From: an uncultured Gammaproteobacteria bacterium | GTDB taxonomy: Bacteria > Pseudomonadota > Gammaproteobacteria > Arenicellales > JAANXG01 | Assembly: GCA_963731035.1 (NCBI GenBank) | Contig: CAVSUY010000015.1 | Span: 50,955-114,954, forward strand | Reading direction: 5' to 3' | DNA length: 64,000 nt | Shown here: positions 18,289 to 31,192 of the stretch, piece by piece | Layout: every line of letters begins with the position of its first letter | Position numbering within the stretch: position 1 is the stretch's first letter | Notes under the pieces: generated by a model | What the model was told of the DNA's origin: nothing | Seen by the model: the letters and a program-made list of their open reading frames with translations, nothing else | Databases searched by the model: none | Position numbers and translations under genes: made by a program

Positions 18289-19575
18289 TTGACCAACACT
18301 TACGCCACCGCCGACTCCGTCAGCCGCCCACGCGCCTGGACGGCGTTCATTCTCGGCGCGATTTACTTCGGCTACGCATTCGCCCAGCGCGTGGCGCCGA
18401 GCGTGATGACCGTCGAACTGATGCGAGACCTGTCCGTAGGCGGAGCGGCGCTTGGCGGTTTATCGGCGTTTTACTTCTACGGCTACGCGGGTCTGCAGCT
18501 TCCCGTGGGGGTGTTGATCGATCATTTCGGTCCCAGAAAGCTGCTCAGCGCGGCACTGATTCTTTGCGCCTTCGCCTCGGCCGGCTTCGCCTTGAGCGAA
18601 TCGGCGCTCGCCGCGTCCGCCGGCCGGGCGCTGATCGGCGGCACGGTAGCGTTCAGCTTCGTCGGCACCCTCGCCATCGCCGGCTACTGGTTTCCCCATG
18701 GGCGCTTCGCCACACTCTCCGGCGCCTTGATGACCGTCGGCATGATCGGCTCCATCGCCGGTCAGGCGCCGCTGCGCGTGCTCATCGAGCGGATCGGGTG
18801 GCGCGAGTCCATGCTGGTGCTGGCGGTGGTCGCCGCGGTTCTCGGATTCCTCCTGTTCCTGGTCGTCCCCAACCGCCGGCGCCATCGTGCGCCGGGCGTG
18901 GTCGACCGCCACCCCCTGGCAGGGCTCAAATCCGCGTCGACAAACTCCCAGACCTGGCTGTGCGCTGCGATAGGCTTTGCGCCGTCGAGCACGCTGCTGG
19001 CTTTCTCCGGGTTGTGGGCCGTGCCCTGGTTGAGCACCGTGCACAACCTGCCGGTTTCCGAGTCGGCGGCCATCGCCTCGGTGGTCTCCGTGGGTTGGGC
19101 CGTCGGCGCTCCGTTGCTGGGATGGGCGTCGGACCGGATCCGTCGCCGCAAGCCGGTGATCCTCGCGGGCATGCTGCTCAGCCTCACGGCCTTGTGCCTC
19201 ACCATCTTCACGGGGGTGGCGAGCACGGTATTACTGTGCGTGCTGTTTTTTCTCAATGGATTCGGGGGCTCTACGATGGTGCTGAGCTATGTCGCTGTAC
19301 GCGAGCTCAACGCCAGTGACAGTACCGCCACCGCCCTCGGCATGATGAACACCGTGGTAGTCGCCTCGGGAGCAATCCTGCAGCCTCTGATCGGCTGGAT
19401 TCTGGACTCGAACTGGAGCGGCGCGATGATCGAAGGCGCCCGCGTCTACGGCGCCGATGCCTATGCCCTTGCCTTCACGACCCTGGTCGCCACAAATGTC
19501 CTGGGCCTGATTTGTCTTTTCTGGCTGCGCGAGACCTGGGGCAGGCCGATGGAGGAAGGCCTCGCGCCAGCTTGA
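18289..19575 (+). CDS. MFS transporter
   Basis: About 12 TM segments, e.g. AFILGAIYFGYAFAQRVAPSVM and GYAGLQLPVGVLIDHFGPRKLL. The start is placed at in-frame TTG 18289 just before TM1; the longer ORF from 18061 crosses a REP remnant. Confidence 0.75.
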   Translation: MTNTYATADSVSRPRAWTAFILGAIYFGYAFAQRVAPSVMTVELMRDLSVGGAALGGLSAFYFYGYAGLQLPVGVLIDHFGPRKLLSAALILCAFASAGFALSESALAASAGRALIGGTVAFSFVGTLAIAGYWFPHGRFATLSGALMTVGMIGSIAGQAPLRVLIERIGWRESMLVLAVVAAVLGFLLFLVVPNRRRHRAPGVVDRHPLAGLKSASTNSQTWLCAAIGFAPSSTLLAFSGLWAVPWLSTVHNLPVSESAAIASVVSVGWAVGAPLLGWASDRIRRRKPVILAGMLLSLTALCLTIFTGVASTVLLCVLFFLNGFGGSTMVLSYVAVRELNASDSTATALGMMNTVVVASGAILQPLIGWILDSNWSGAMIEGARVYGADAYALAFTTLVATNVLGLICLFWLRETWGRPMEEGLAPA

Positions 19576-19695
19576 GGAAGCGCAGATCGGGATTCTCCCG
19601 ATTCTTGCTTCAAGTCGAGATGAATTCCGACCCCCGAGTGCGCGGGAAGATGCCGGACATCGTCAGGAACGACGTCCGGCACCACGGCCAGGAGT

Positions 19696-22299
<2,604 letters not shown>

Positions 22300-22335
22300 G
22301 GGAAATTTCCCTCAATTTCGTAGTCATTGCCTCAA

Positions 22336-22363
22336 ATATGGGGCAACGACCGCGGTATTCAAG
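22336..22363 (-). promoter_or_regulatory. Sigma32 (heat-shock) promoter of clpB
   Basis: On the minus strand: CTTGAAT - 14 nt - CCCCATAT, about 40 nt upstream of the clpB ATG. It matches the CTTGAAA / CCCCATNT consensus and overlaps the stop codon of the upstream EAL gene. Confidence 0.7.
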
Positions 22364-23654
22364 CGACCGGCCCGGCCCGCTTCAGGTACCAGGGCAGAAA
22401 GTCCGCCGTGGGGAGCGGCTCGCAGATGTAGTAGCCCTGGGCGTAGTCGCAGCCGAGTGCCCACAGGACATTCACCATCTGTGCGTTCATCACCCCCTCG
22501 GCGACGACCCGAAGCCCGAGGCTCTTGGCCAGAGACGTCGAATGCTCCACGATCTTGTAGTCGCCGGGATCGGAAAGCATGTTCATTACGAAGGAACGGT
22601 CGATCTTCAACTCGTCGGCCGGAATCTCCTTCAGGTAGGCCAGCGAGGAGTATCCGGTGCCGAAGTCGTCGATCGACACCTGGGCCCCAAAGTCGCGGAT
22701 ACCCGTCAAGACGCGATGGCTCATTTTCGGGTCCGCCATCAGAGCATTCTCCGTAACCTCGATCACGATGGACGCGGGATCGACATTCCAGATGCGGGTA
22801 GCGCTCTCCAACACATCGATGATGCCGAAGTCCCGCGTGGTGTTCGGGGTCGTATTGATCGCCACGGTCAACCCCCCCGCCTCGGTCTTCCAATCGTTCA
22901 GCTGGCGGCAGGCCCGTTGTATGGCAAAGTAGGTCAGCTCCGTGATCAGGCCGCTCCTTTCCGCCACGCCTATGAAGACGTCCGGCGAAATTTCTCCGAG
23001 TTCAGGATCGTGCCACCGTAGCAGCGCTTCCGCGCCCACGATGCGTTTGCTGTCCAGATCCATCTTGGGCTGATAGTAAAGCTCGAGATTCCCTGCTTCC
23101 AACGCATCCGCGAACTTCTGCTCGAGGTGCCATCCCGCAACCATCTCGTCCGCCGCCCGCGTCTTGTAGAAAGTCACCGGCTCGTTGCTGCGCCGACCCT
23201 CCAGCAGCGCCAGCTCCACGGAGCGCAGTATTTCATTTGCACTGTGGTATGGCGGTGCGACGAGAGAGATGCCTATTCTGACATCCAGGCCCTGCTCATC
23301 CGTCCTTGCACCGGATGACTCCTGTATCAGCCGTTGAATCTTCTGCGCGGCAAGCCGAATATGCCCTTCGTTGCGGAAGCCGCCCAGCAGCAGAACGAAC
23401 TTTCGGTCGCTTAGTTGGGCAACGACGTCTCCTTCGCGGCGAAGCTCCTCCAACCGTTCGCGAAAATCGTTCAGTAGCTCCCCGGCGCGCAGGTGTCCGG
23501 CGCTGGCACAGAGACGGTCGACGTCATCCACGTAGACCATCAGAACGGCGAGCTCCTGAGAGCGGCCGATAGCGTCCTCAATCCGATCGATGGCCCGCCC
23601 GATTCCGCCGAGCCAGTGATCCCTGTCGTCGATTGCCGGCCGCGGCTCGCCCAC
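22359..23654 (-). CDS. Degenerate GGDEF - EAL protein (c-di-GMP phosphodiesterase)
   Basis: EAL signature GAEALLRW and DDFGTGYSSL. The N-terminal GGDEF-like domain has SDRKF in place of GGDEF. GTG start. Confidence 0.85.
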   Translation of the reverse strand: MGEPRPAIDDRDHWLGGIGRAIDRIEDAIGRSQELAVLMVYVDDVDRLCASAGHLRAGELLNDFRERLEELRREGDVVAQLSDRKFVLLLGGFRNEGHIRLAAQKIQRLIQESSGARTDEQGLDVRIGISLVAPPYHSANEILRSVELALLEGRRSNEPVTFYKTRAADEMVAGWHLEQKFADALEAGNLELYYQPKMDLDSKRIVGAEALLRWHDPELGEISPDVFIGVAERSGLITELTYFAIQRACRQLNDWKTEAGGLTVAINTTPNTTRDFGIIDVLESATRIWNVDPASIVIEVTENALMADPKMSHRVLTGIRDFGAQVSIDDFGTGYSSLAYLKEIPADELKIDRSFVMNMLSDPGDYKIVEHSTSLAKSLGLRVVAEGVMNAQMVNVLWALGCDYAQGYYICEPLPTADFLPWYLKRAGPVA

Positions 23655-23657
23655 CGA

Positions 23658-24972
23658 TCAGTCCAGAAAGAACTCTGTTGGATCGATGCCGAAGGAACCC
23701 GGCGCCAGACCGTGCTCTATCCAGAGCGTCTCCCGCCCGTGCTCCGCTCCGGATTCCCTGTTGAGGTCGATCACCGAAAATGAATCCAGGAACTCTTTCT
23801 CCGGATTCATAATCACCATGATCTCGGGGCGCAGCCGGCGAACACGGTTCTGCTTGGTGACGACGGCTATCTGGCCCGTATTCAGCTCGACCAGCGTTCC
23901 CGTGGGGAACACGCCGATGGCCTGAGTGAACTGGTCGATCAACTCGGCCTGGAACTCAATGTCGGCCTGTAGCCGCAGCTGCCGAAACGCATCGAACGAT
24001 GACATCGGTTTGGCGTACGACCGCGGCGTGATCATGGCGTCGTAGGCATCGACAATTCCGGCGATTCGCGCGAACACGGGAACCTGGCTTCCCCTGAGCC
24101 CGTTGGGATATCCCGAGCCGTTGAATCGCTCATGGTGATGGGCGACCATGTCCATGACGCGCTCGTCCACCTCCTTGGTCTCCTTCAGAATCTCGAGACC
24201 GAACTCGACGTGGCGCTTCATCAACGCGTATTCCTCGTCGGTCAGTTTTGTCGGCTTCTCGAGAATTTCATCCGGAAGGCGGATCTTGCCCATGTCCAGC
24301 AGCATGGCACCAAGGGCCACGACGTTCAAATCCTCGCGGTTCAAGCCGATGTGCCGGCCGAGGACCGTAGCCCAAACCAGGGACGCCAGCGAGTGGCGGT
24401 AGAGGTAGTCACCCTTGTTCTGCAGGCGAATGAGGTAAGCAAGGGCGGCCGGATTTCTGAGGATGCTGTCGACCATCGGGTTTACCGCGGTCTCCAGGCG
24501 CTGCACGTCCAGCTTGTCGGACAGGCGCAGGCCAGTCATCACTGCATGAACGGTTTCGACGGCTTCCTTGTGCACACCGGTCGCATTCGCGACCTCTTCC
24601 TTCAGACCCGTCGTTTCCTCATACACCGGTTGCCGTTGCGCGGATTGAATCCCGGTATGATCGAGATTCTGGTGTCGCCGCCGTCGCGAGCCGCAAGCGA
24701 AGCCAGCCTCGACGGCGCCCGTCCCGGCCAGTGCCTCCAATTCGCTCCGGAATCCAGGGCAACCGCCCGCGAGCCGGCCCTGCCGTGTCCTGCCCTGTCT
24801 CCAGGTAGATATAAACGTAGTCGCAGAATTTTCGAAGCTCGTCGATCTCGTCCTGTCCCCGGATATAGAACCCCTGGAACAGGAACGGCGTTTCGAGCCA
24901 CGGTCGATCGAGCTCGGCGACGTACATACCGATCTTGAGTTGATTTACACCGACCCTTACGCTCTTGAACAT
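23658..24972 (-). pseudogene. DUF3391 - HD-GYP c-di-GMP phosphodiesterase with one frame break in the inter-domain linker
   Basis: N-terminal MFKSVRVGVNQLKIGMYVAELDRPWLETPFLFQGF (ORF 24619-24972) and HD-GYP body HHHERFNGSGYPNGL (ORF 23658-24740) are colinear but in different frames. The junction is somewhere around 24700-24800. Confidence 0.72.
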
Positions 24973-25107
24973 CGACTGCTTCCCCCTACTTGCAGGAGCG
25001 AATTATAAACCGACGTTCCCCTCAGGTGTGGCTCTTCCTCCGCCCGCGCGGACCACGGTCGTCGAGGAGGGGTCCCGCGGTCTGGATACGGCTAGTGTAC
25101 CCCGTCA

Positions 25108-25887
25108 CTAGGACGGCCCCATCGCGGAAACACTGGACAATGCGGGCGAGCCAGTGTAGTTGCCATCGGCGTCGAAGTAGGCGGAGTAGTCGTCATATAC
25201 ACCGCGGCTGATGAACTCCTCAATGGCGAGGAGCGCCCGTTCATCGCGGCTGTCAGCCACCTCCAAAGGCGAACCGGCGTGTATGCGGGCGTGGCTGCGG
25301 ATGAGGACCGCCGACACCAGGCGCCCCATGCCTCCCACGCCGGACAGGCGCACCGGAATAATGGGAACCTGCGCCATCGCGGCGAGCGCGATGACACCGC
25401 GCTTGAGGGGCTTGCGCGGATCGCTTGGCAGCCGGATACGGCCCTGGGGAAACAGCACCACCAACTCACCCTCGGCCAGCGCCCGCCTGGCCGAGTAAAA
25501 TGCCTTCTCGGGAGATCCCGTTCGATCCACCGGAATGCAGCCGATGAGATCGTAGAACCAGCGAAGAAGGGGATGTCTGTATTGTTCAGTGGCGATTACG
25601 AAACGCAGGGGCCGCGGGCTCGGCGGCACTGAGCAGAATCGGATCGACACCTGACAGGTGGTTGGCGGCAATGATAGCGCCGCCCGTCTCCGGTACCGGC
25701 AGCGACTCGTGCTCCAAGCGATGAAACCGCGCCGAGAATAGCCGCATCAGGCCGTCTAGGTGGTTGAGGAAAGCTACCGCCCCAATCGGCTTTTCCGTGC
25801 TTTCGCGCCGATACGTTCAAGCCTCCAGAACAGGCCCACGGCGACAAGGATTGGCGACGCGCCGACTACCCACCAGAGTGCATTCAT
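25108..25887 (-). pseudogene. PlsC-family acyltransferase with two frame breaks
   Basis: ATG 25885-25887 gives TM MNALWWVVGASPILVAVGLFW. The next frame gives AIIAANHLSGVDPILL (H-x4-D motif). The third frame (ORF 25108-25671) gives PLRFVIATEQYRHPLLRWF ... VVLFPQGRI. Breaks lie near the CCCC run at 25780-25783 and near 25610-25625. Confidence 0.7.
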
Positions 25888-25896
25888 GGCGCTGCT

Positions 25897-27453
25897 TCAG
25901 GTGACCTCGTGTTCCAGAAAGACGCGCGAAAGGTCCTTCAACGACACCTTGCCCAGTGCGGTGCGGGGCAGTTCGTTCACCACAGCATAGCGCGTAATCC
26001 TATTGTGGCTCGAAACCCGCCGGTTGTAGTCCTTGATGATCCTGGTCGCCTTGTCTTCTTCGTCCGGACCGTCCACGGCCAGTAGCGCCGCCGGCGCCAT
26101 GTCCAACTCGATGACACCCGCCTCTTTCAGCATCGGATGCTTCTCCAGCTTGATCTCGACGTCTTCCGGGTAGACGTTCTTTCCGGCCTCGGTGACGATC
26201 AACCGCTTGCTGCGACCGGTCAATACGATCTTGCGTCCGTCCACCAGCCGGGCGATGTCGCCGGTGTTGTACCAGCCGTCATGCATGGCTGCTGCGGTCT
26301 GCGTTTCGTCGGCGTAGCCCAGCATCAGGTTCGGACCCCGCACCCAGAGTTCGCCGTCCCCGGATTCGTTGGGTTGCTCGATTCTGACCTCCATGCCGTA
26401 GAGTGGTTCGCCCACGCTGTCCAGGCGATCGTCGTCTATGCTTTGCACGCTCACCACGGGTCCGCATTCAGTCAACCCGTATCCCTGGATCAGGGGAAAC
26501 CCCAAGTCGCGGAAGAACCGGGCGATTTCCGGGTCCAACCGGGATCCGCCGCTCAGCCAGCAGTGGACACTGCCACCGAATCGTCGCCGCAGGGGCGCGT
26601 TGATGATCTTTGACAGCCAATGGGGCGAGCGGCGAATCAATTCGACATACGCTCTCAACACCGGTCCACCGTTCGCGCATCTGTTCTCCATGCCCAGCAT
26701 GATATTGCGGAACAGACGCGGCACCGCGATCATCAAGGTGATCTTTTCCTGCGCCATGGCTGCCAGTATCTCGCTTGCGGCGACCAGGCGCGGCACCACT
26801 ATGGTGGCGCCATGGTACATGGGAAGCAGCAGGCCGCCGGTCAATTCCATGGAATGGGACAGCGGCAACAGGGAAAGAAAGCGGTCCCGATGGCTGATGG
26901 GCACGTCGATGCGCGCCGCCCCGCGCAGATTCGAAAGGATGTTGTCATGGGACAGGCGCACGATCTTGGGATTGCCGGTGCTGCCCGAGGTGTAGACATT
27001 GGCCGCTTCTGAATGGGGATCGAGGTCGGGCGCCGCCTCCTCGTCACCGTCTTCGCCATCGCCAATCTCGATCGCGTTCGGGAGTCCGCGTGCGCCGCCG
27101 GCGTGCAAGGTGCACTTCGGCGCCAGCGCATCGTGGGAATTTCTGAGATCCTCGTCGCTGCTCCCCGTGTGCAGCGGTGCGATGACCGCCCCCAGGCGCC
27201 ATATCGCGAAGGCAGCCGACCCCCACTCGGGCCCGTTCGGGGCGAGGATGGATACGCGGTCCCCCGGCCTCACGCCGGCCTCGCGCAGACGCTTGGAAAG
27301 AGCCGCCGCTCGCCGGCCAATCGCGGCATAGGACGTGGTCCGCCTGTCACCCCTGGCGAGCCTTTGTACCCACAACGGGTTCTCGCCCCGCCGCTTGACA
27401 GCCTCGTCGACAAACCCCCACAAATGCTTCTGATTCAACAAAGTATCGTGCAT
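25897..27453 (-). CDS. AMP-dependent acyl-CoA/acyl-ACP synthetase
   Basis: 518 aa with AMP-binding motif YTSGSTGNPK and the C-terminal GKV..K lysine region. The stop is 9 nt before the acyltransferase ATG. Confidence 0.87.
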   Translation of the reverse strand: MHDTLLNQKHLWGFVDEAVKRRGENPLWVQRLARGDRRTTSYAAIGRRAAALSKRLREAGVRPGDRVSILAPNGPEWGSAAFAIWRLGAVIAPLHTGSSDEDLRNSHDALAPKCTLHAGGARGLPNAIEIGDGEDGDEEAAPDLDPHSEAANVYTSGSTGNPKIVRLSHDNILSNLRGAARIDVPISHRDRFLSLLPLSHSMELTGGLLLPMYHGATIVVPRLVAASEILAAMAQEKITLMIAVPRLFRNIMLGMENRCANGGPVLRAYVELIRRSPHWLSKIINAPLRRRFGGSVHCWLSGGSRLDPEIARFFRDLGFPLIQGYGLTECGPVVSVQSIDDDRLDSVGEPLYGMEVRIEQPNESGDGELWVRGPNLMLGYADETQTAAAMHDGWYNTGDIARLVDGRKIVLTGRSKRLIVTEAGKNVYPEDVEIKLEKHPMLKEAGVIELDMAPAALLAVDGPDEEDKATRIIKDYNRRVSSHNRITRYAVVNELPRTALGKVSLKDLSRVFLEHEVT

Positions 27454-27588
27454 CCTACAAGCCCGGAGGTCGAGTCGGCGTGGAAATCGACTGCATTATG
27501 CCCGAGTCCGCACAGGCTCCCAAGGTGGCCGCTTGACGAATGGATGCGGCGCCCCCTAATGTTCACGACCGGCCATTCCGGTGAAGCC

Positions 27589-28446
27589 ATGTCACGCGAA
27601 TTCCCCATCGAACCCGACTACGTGCGGCGCATCGTCAAAGCCTGCCTGCAAGAGGACGTCGGGCCGGGCGACCTAACCGCCGCTCTCACCCCCGACACCA
27701 CGATCAATGCCCGCCTGGTCGTGCGCCAGGACGCCGTGATTTGCGGCATCCCTTTCTTCGAAGGTGTATTCGAGCAGCTCGACCCGCGCGTGAACATCCG
27801 TTGGCGGGTTGTGGACGGCGGGTACTGCGATGCCGGCGATATCGTGTGTGAGATCGAAGGGAACGCACGGCCCATTCTCACGGGGGAGCGCAGCGCCATC
27901 AACTTGCTGCAGACACTTTCCGGAACCGCCACGGCCGTGCGCCGCTTCGTCGATGCTGTAGCCGGCACCGGCGCCCGGATACTGGACACGCGCAAGACGA
28001 TTCCCGGTCTCAGGGTGGCGCAAAAGTGGGCGGTGAGGTGCGCCGGAGGACACAACCATCGCCAAGGACTGTTCGACGGCATACTGATCAAGGAGAACCA
28101 CCTGCGGAGCGGCGAATCCATCGCCGAGGCGGTGGCCCGGGCCAGGCGAGCCGCGCCGCCGAACGTACCGGTAACGATAGAGGTGGAGACTCTGGATCAG
28201 CTGGAGCAAGCCCTTTCCGCCGGGGCCCCCAGGGTGTTGCTGGACAACTTCTCCGTATCGGAAATGAAGCGCGCCGTAGAGATCAGCCGGCATCGCGCCG
28301 AGCTCGAAGCATCCGGCAACGTGCATCTCGACAACGTCCGAAACGTCGCCGAGACGGGAGTGGACTGCATCTCGGTGGGGGCCATCACCAAGAACCTGGA
28401 AGCGGTTGACCTGTCGCTGCAGTTCGAGAGACCCATCGGCGATTGA
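27589..28446 (+). CDS. nadC: Nicotinate-nucleotide pyrophosphorylase (quinolinate phosphoribosyltransferase)
   Basis: Internal ATG 27589 (MSREFPIEPDYVRRIV...). TGERSAINLLQTLSG and TRKTIPGLR motifs. The upstream part of ORF 27013-28446 is antisense to the synthetase gene. Confidence 0.9.
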   Translation: MSREFPIEPDYVRRIVKACLQEDVGPGDLTAALTPDTTINARLVVRQDAVICGIPFFEGVFEQLDPRVNIRWRVVDGGYCDAGDIVCEIEGNARPILTGERSAINLLQTLSGTATAVRRFVDAVAGTGARILDTRKTIPGLRVAQKWAVRCAGGHNHRQGLFDGILIKENHLRSGESIAEAVARARRAAPPNVPVTIEVETLDQLEQALSAGAPRVLLDNFSVSEMKRAVEISRHRAELEASGNVHLDNVRNVAETGVDCISVGAITKNLEAVDLSLQFERPIGD

Positions 28447-28518
28447 CAACACCTCCCGCCGCGGTAGGCCGCCGATCCACGGCTGGGCCGGGCAACCTCC
28501 GATCGTGCGGAAAGCGCC

Positions 28519-29277
28519 CTATTCCTGCTCATGTTCGATCCAGATGAGGGATGCCATGCGTCCGCACCGGTGCTCCCGGCGATAGGAGAAGAAGCGGTCG
28601 GGATCATTGTAGGTACAGGCGGTCTCGTCCCAGGCCACGTTGTCGATGCCGCCGCGTTGCAGACGATGCGCCACCAGGCGGTAGAGATCAGCCATCCAGC
28701 GACCCTCGTTCGCCGACGCCATGAAGCAGGACTCATTGCCGGGAGCGTGCAAGGCATCACGCACTTCGGGGCCGACCTCGAAGGCGTCCGGTCCAATCGC
28801 GGGACCAAGCCAGCAGTGCACTTGCGGACTGGAATCGAATATAGACAGGGCCTGCTCGACGATACCGGCCGCCAGTCCCTTCCATCCCACGTGGAACAAG
28901 CCCACGCGTCGACCTTCACCGTCGCTCATGAACAAGGGCAAGCAGTCCGCGGTAAGCACGGCGCACACCGTTCCGGGGGTCAGGGTGTAGCTGCCGTCCG
29001 CTTCCTCGCCTTCGCGGGCATCGGCCAGTTGCAGGCAACGCGTGCCGTGAACCTGCTTCATCCAGACCGGATCGGCTGGAACACCGAAGGCCCTTTGCAC
29101 CCGGCAACGATTCTCGGCCACACAACCGGGGTCGTCACCCGTGCGGCCGCCGAGGTTCAAACTGGCGTAGGGGCCTTGACTCACCCCGCCGCCCCGCAGG
29201 GTGGTCAAGGCGTGCACGCGCCGCGCAACGTTCCAGCGCGGCACAACCACTTCCAGCAGGTCACCGACCGCCGTCAC
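28519..29277 (-). CDS. pgeF: Purine nucleoside phosphorylase / laccase-domain protein YfiH (PgeF)
   Basis: QVHGTRC, LTADCLPLF and LFHVGWKG motifs. The GTG 29277 start would overlap the rluD end; the start is uncertain. Confidence 0.8.
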   Translation of the reverse strand: MTAVGDLLEVVVPRWNVARRVHALTTLRGGGVSQGPYASLNLGGRTGDDPGCVAENRCRVQRAFGVPADPVWMKQVHGTRCLQLADAREGEEADGSYTLTPGTVCAVLTADCLPLFMSDGEGRRVGLFHVGWKGLAAGIVEQALSIFDSSPQVHCWLGPAIGPDAFEVGPEVRDALHAPGNESCFMASANEGRWMADLYRLVAHRLQRGGIDNVAWDETACTYNDPDRFFSYRREHRCGRMASLIWIEHEQE

Positions 29278-30229
29278 CGAACTCCTCCTCCACGAAGCGC
29301 AGCAGCGCCGCCAGGTCGTCAGGCGGGGCGGCGGTGAGCGACAGTTCTTCACCGGTGTCCGGATGCTTCAAAGACAGCGACTCGGCATGCAGCGCCTGGC
29401 GGGCGAAACCCCGGATATGCTCCCGGAGCGCTTCAGAGACGCCGGCCGGCACGCGGCCGGCGCCCCCGTAGACCGGGTCTCCCACCAGGGGGAATCCGAT
29501 ATGGGCGGCATGAACGCGGATTTGATGGGTGCGCCCGGTCTCGAGCATACAATGCACCAGGGTGAGCGGCCCGAAGCGTTTCAGCACCCGGACCCGTGTC
29601 ACTGCCGACTTGCCGTCGCTTCGAACCGTCATCATACGGCGGTTGCGGGGATGCCGGCCGACGGGCTCGTCGATCACGCGACCGGCTATAAGATCGCCGT
29701 GCAGCAGCGCCAGGTAGCGGCGCTTCATGGTTCGCGCGCCAAGCTGCTCGATGAGCGCCAGCCGGGCCGGTTCATTGCGGGCAATCGCCATCAAGCCGGT
29801 GGTGTCCTTGTCCAGGCGGTGCACGATACCCGCCCGCGGCAGCCGGGCCGCGGCGGGATCGAAATACAGCAGGGCGTTCATCAGCGTGCCGTCCGGGTTG
29901 CCGGCTCCCGGGTGGACCACCAGGCCCGCCGGCTTGTGAATCACCAGGAGATGCTCGTCGCAATGGCGGACGTCCAGGGGTATGTCTTCCGCCGCCGCTT
30001 CCAGTACCGGCGCGTCAGGCGCCGCCAGCTCCACCGATTCGCCGCCTTGGACTTTGTCTTTCTGGCTCGGGATGTCATCATCGAGCAGCACCCGGCCCTG
30101 CTTCAGCCACTGCTGCAAGGTGCTGCGGGAATATTGGGGGAACAGCGAGGCCAACACCTTGTCCACTCTTTGACCGGCGTACTGCTCGGGGATGCTGTCC
30201 ATCCGGTGCGTAGACTCGGCCGCGGTCAC
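29261..30229 (-). CDS. rluD: 23S rRNA pseudouridine synthase RluD
   Basis: S4-like N-terminus plus catalytic HRLDKDTTGLM, and the conserved rluD-pgeF gene pair. Confidence 0.9.
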   Translation of the reverse strand: MTAAESTHRMDSIPEQYAGQRVDKVLASLFPQYSRSTLQQWLKQGRVLLDDDIPSQKDKVQGGESVELAAPDAPVLEAAAEDIPLDVRHCDEHLLVIHKPAGLVVHPGAGNPDGTLMNALLYFDPAAARLPRAGIVHRLDKDTTGLMAIARNEPARLALIEQLGARTMKRRYLALLHGDLIAGRVIDEPVGRHPRNRRMMTVRSDGKSAVTRVRVLKRFGPLTLVHCMLETGRTHQIRVHAAHIGFPLVGDPVYGGAGRVPAGVSEALREHIRGFARQALHAESLSLKHPDTGEELSLTAAPPDDLAALLRFVEEEFGDGGR

Positions 30230-30349
30230 GTGCGCGACCCGTGTACGGCGCCGGGCCGCGGATCGTTTATAATCGTCCGGATGTCAGCCGCGTACCGTCC
30301 CGCAGAGCGGCCGGACCGCCCGTACCCGGCATTCCATTCAGAACCAGTC

Positions 30350-31192
30350 ATGGCGTTCAACATGAAGATCAAAGCTGCCCTTGGAATCCTGCTTACCGCG
30401 ACCCTCCTCGCCGGTTGCAGCAACATCACGCTGTTCAAGGACAAGGATCGAAGCGGCTATACCGCGGAGCAATATTATAAAGACGCGAAGCATGACCTCG
30501 AGGGCAAGAATTACGCCAAGGCGATCGACTTGTACAAAGAGCTCGAGAGCACTTATCCCTATGGATCGTACACGGAACAGGCGCAGCTTGAAATCGCCTA
30601 CGCCTACTACAAAAACGACAATTCGGAGGCGGCGCTGGCGGCGGCCGACCGGTTCATACGCCTGCACCCCACCCATCCCAACGTCGACTACGCGTACTAC
30701 CTGAAGGGGATCATCAATTTCAGCGAAGCGAACACGTTTCTCGAGAAACTGACCAGAGGGGAAAGTTCTCCAGATCGCGACCCGCAATCCTCGGAGGAAT
30801 CCTACAACGCGTTCAAGGAACTGGTTAACCGGTTTCCCGACAGCTCCTACGCGCCAGACGCCCGGCAGCGGATGACGTTTCTGCACAATTCCCTTGCCAT
30901 GCACGAAGTGCACGTCGCCGACTACTACATGCGCCGGGAGGCCTACGTAGCCGTCCTCAATCGCTGCAAGTACGTTTTGAATCAGTTCCCGCGCACGCCC
31001 GCCGTCGAGCATGCCCTGGGACTGATGATGCTGGCCTATGGCAGGATGGGCCTCGAGGATCTGTCGGCGGACTCCCGGAGGGTATTGGCCCTGAACTTCC
31101 CGGACAGCCAGTACCTCACGGGCTCGCGGCCGCGAATCAAGGAGGAATTCAGCCTGCTTCCGGAGTCCGTGGACCTGAATCCGTTCAACTGA
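30350..31192 (+). CDS. bamD: Outer membrane protein assembly factor BamD
   Basis: ATG 30350. Lipobox LLAG|CS and TPR-like repeats (YYKDAKHDLEGKNYAKAIDLYKELESTYP). Divergent from rluD as in other Proteobacteria. Confidence 0.9.
   Translation: MAFNMKIKAALGILLTATLLAGCSNITLFKDKDRSGYTAEQYYKDAKHDLEGKNYAKAIDLYKELESTYPYGSYTEQAQLEIAYAYYKNDNSEAALAAADRFIRLHPTHPNVDYAYYLKGIINFSEANTFLEKLTRGESSPDRDPQSSEESYNAFKELVNRFPDSSYAPDARQRMTFLHNSLAMHEVHVADYYMRREAYVAVLNRCKYVLNQFPRTPAVEHALGLMMLAYGRMGLEDLSADSRRVLALNFPDSQYLTGSRPRIKEEFSLLPESVDLNPFN

Noticed and set aside
27013-27588. N-terminal 192 codons of ORF 27013-28446.
   Set aside because: Antisense to the acyl-CoA synthetase gene. NadC homology begins at ATG 27589.
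29201-31192. 663-aa ORF ending at the bamD stop.
   Set aside because: Only the last 280 codons (from ATG 30350, with lipobox and TPR repeats) are BamD. The upstream part is antisense to pgeF and rluD.
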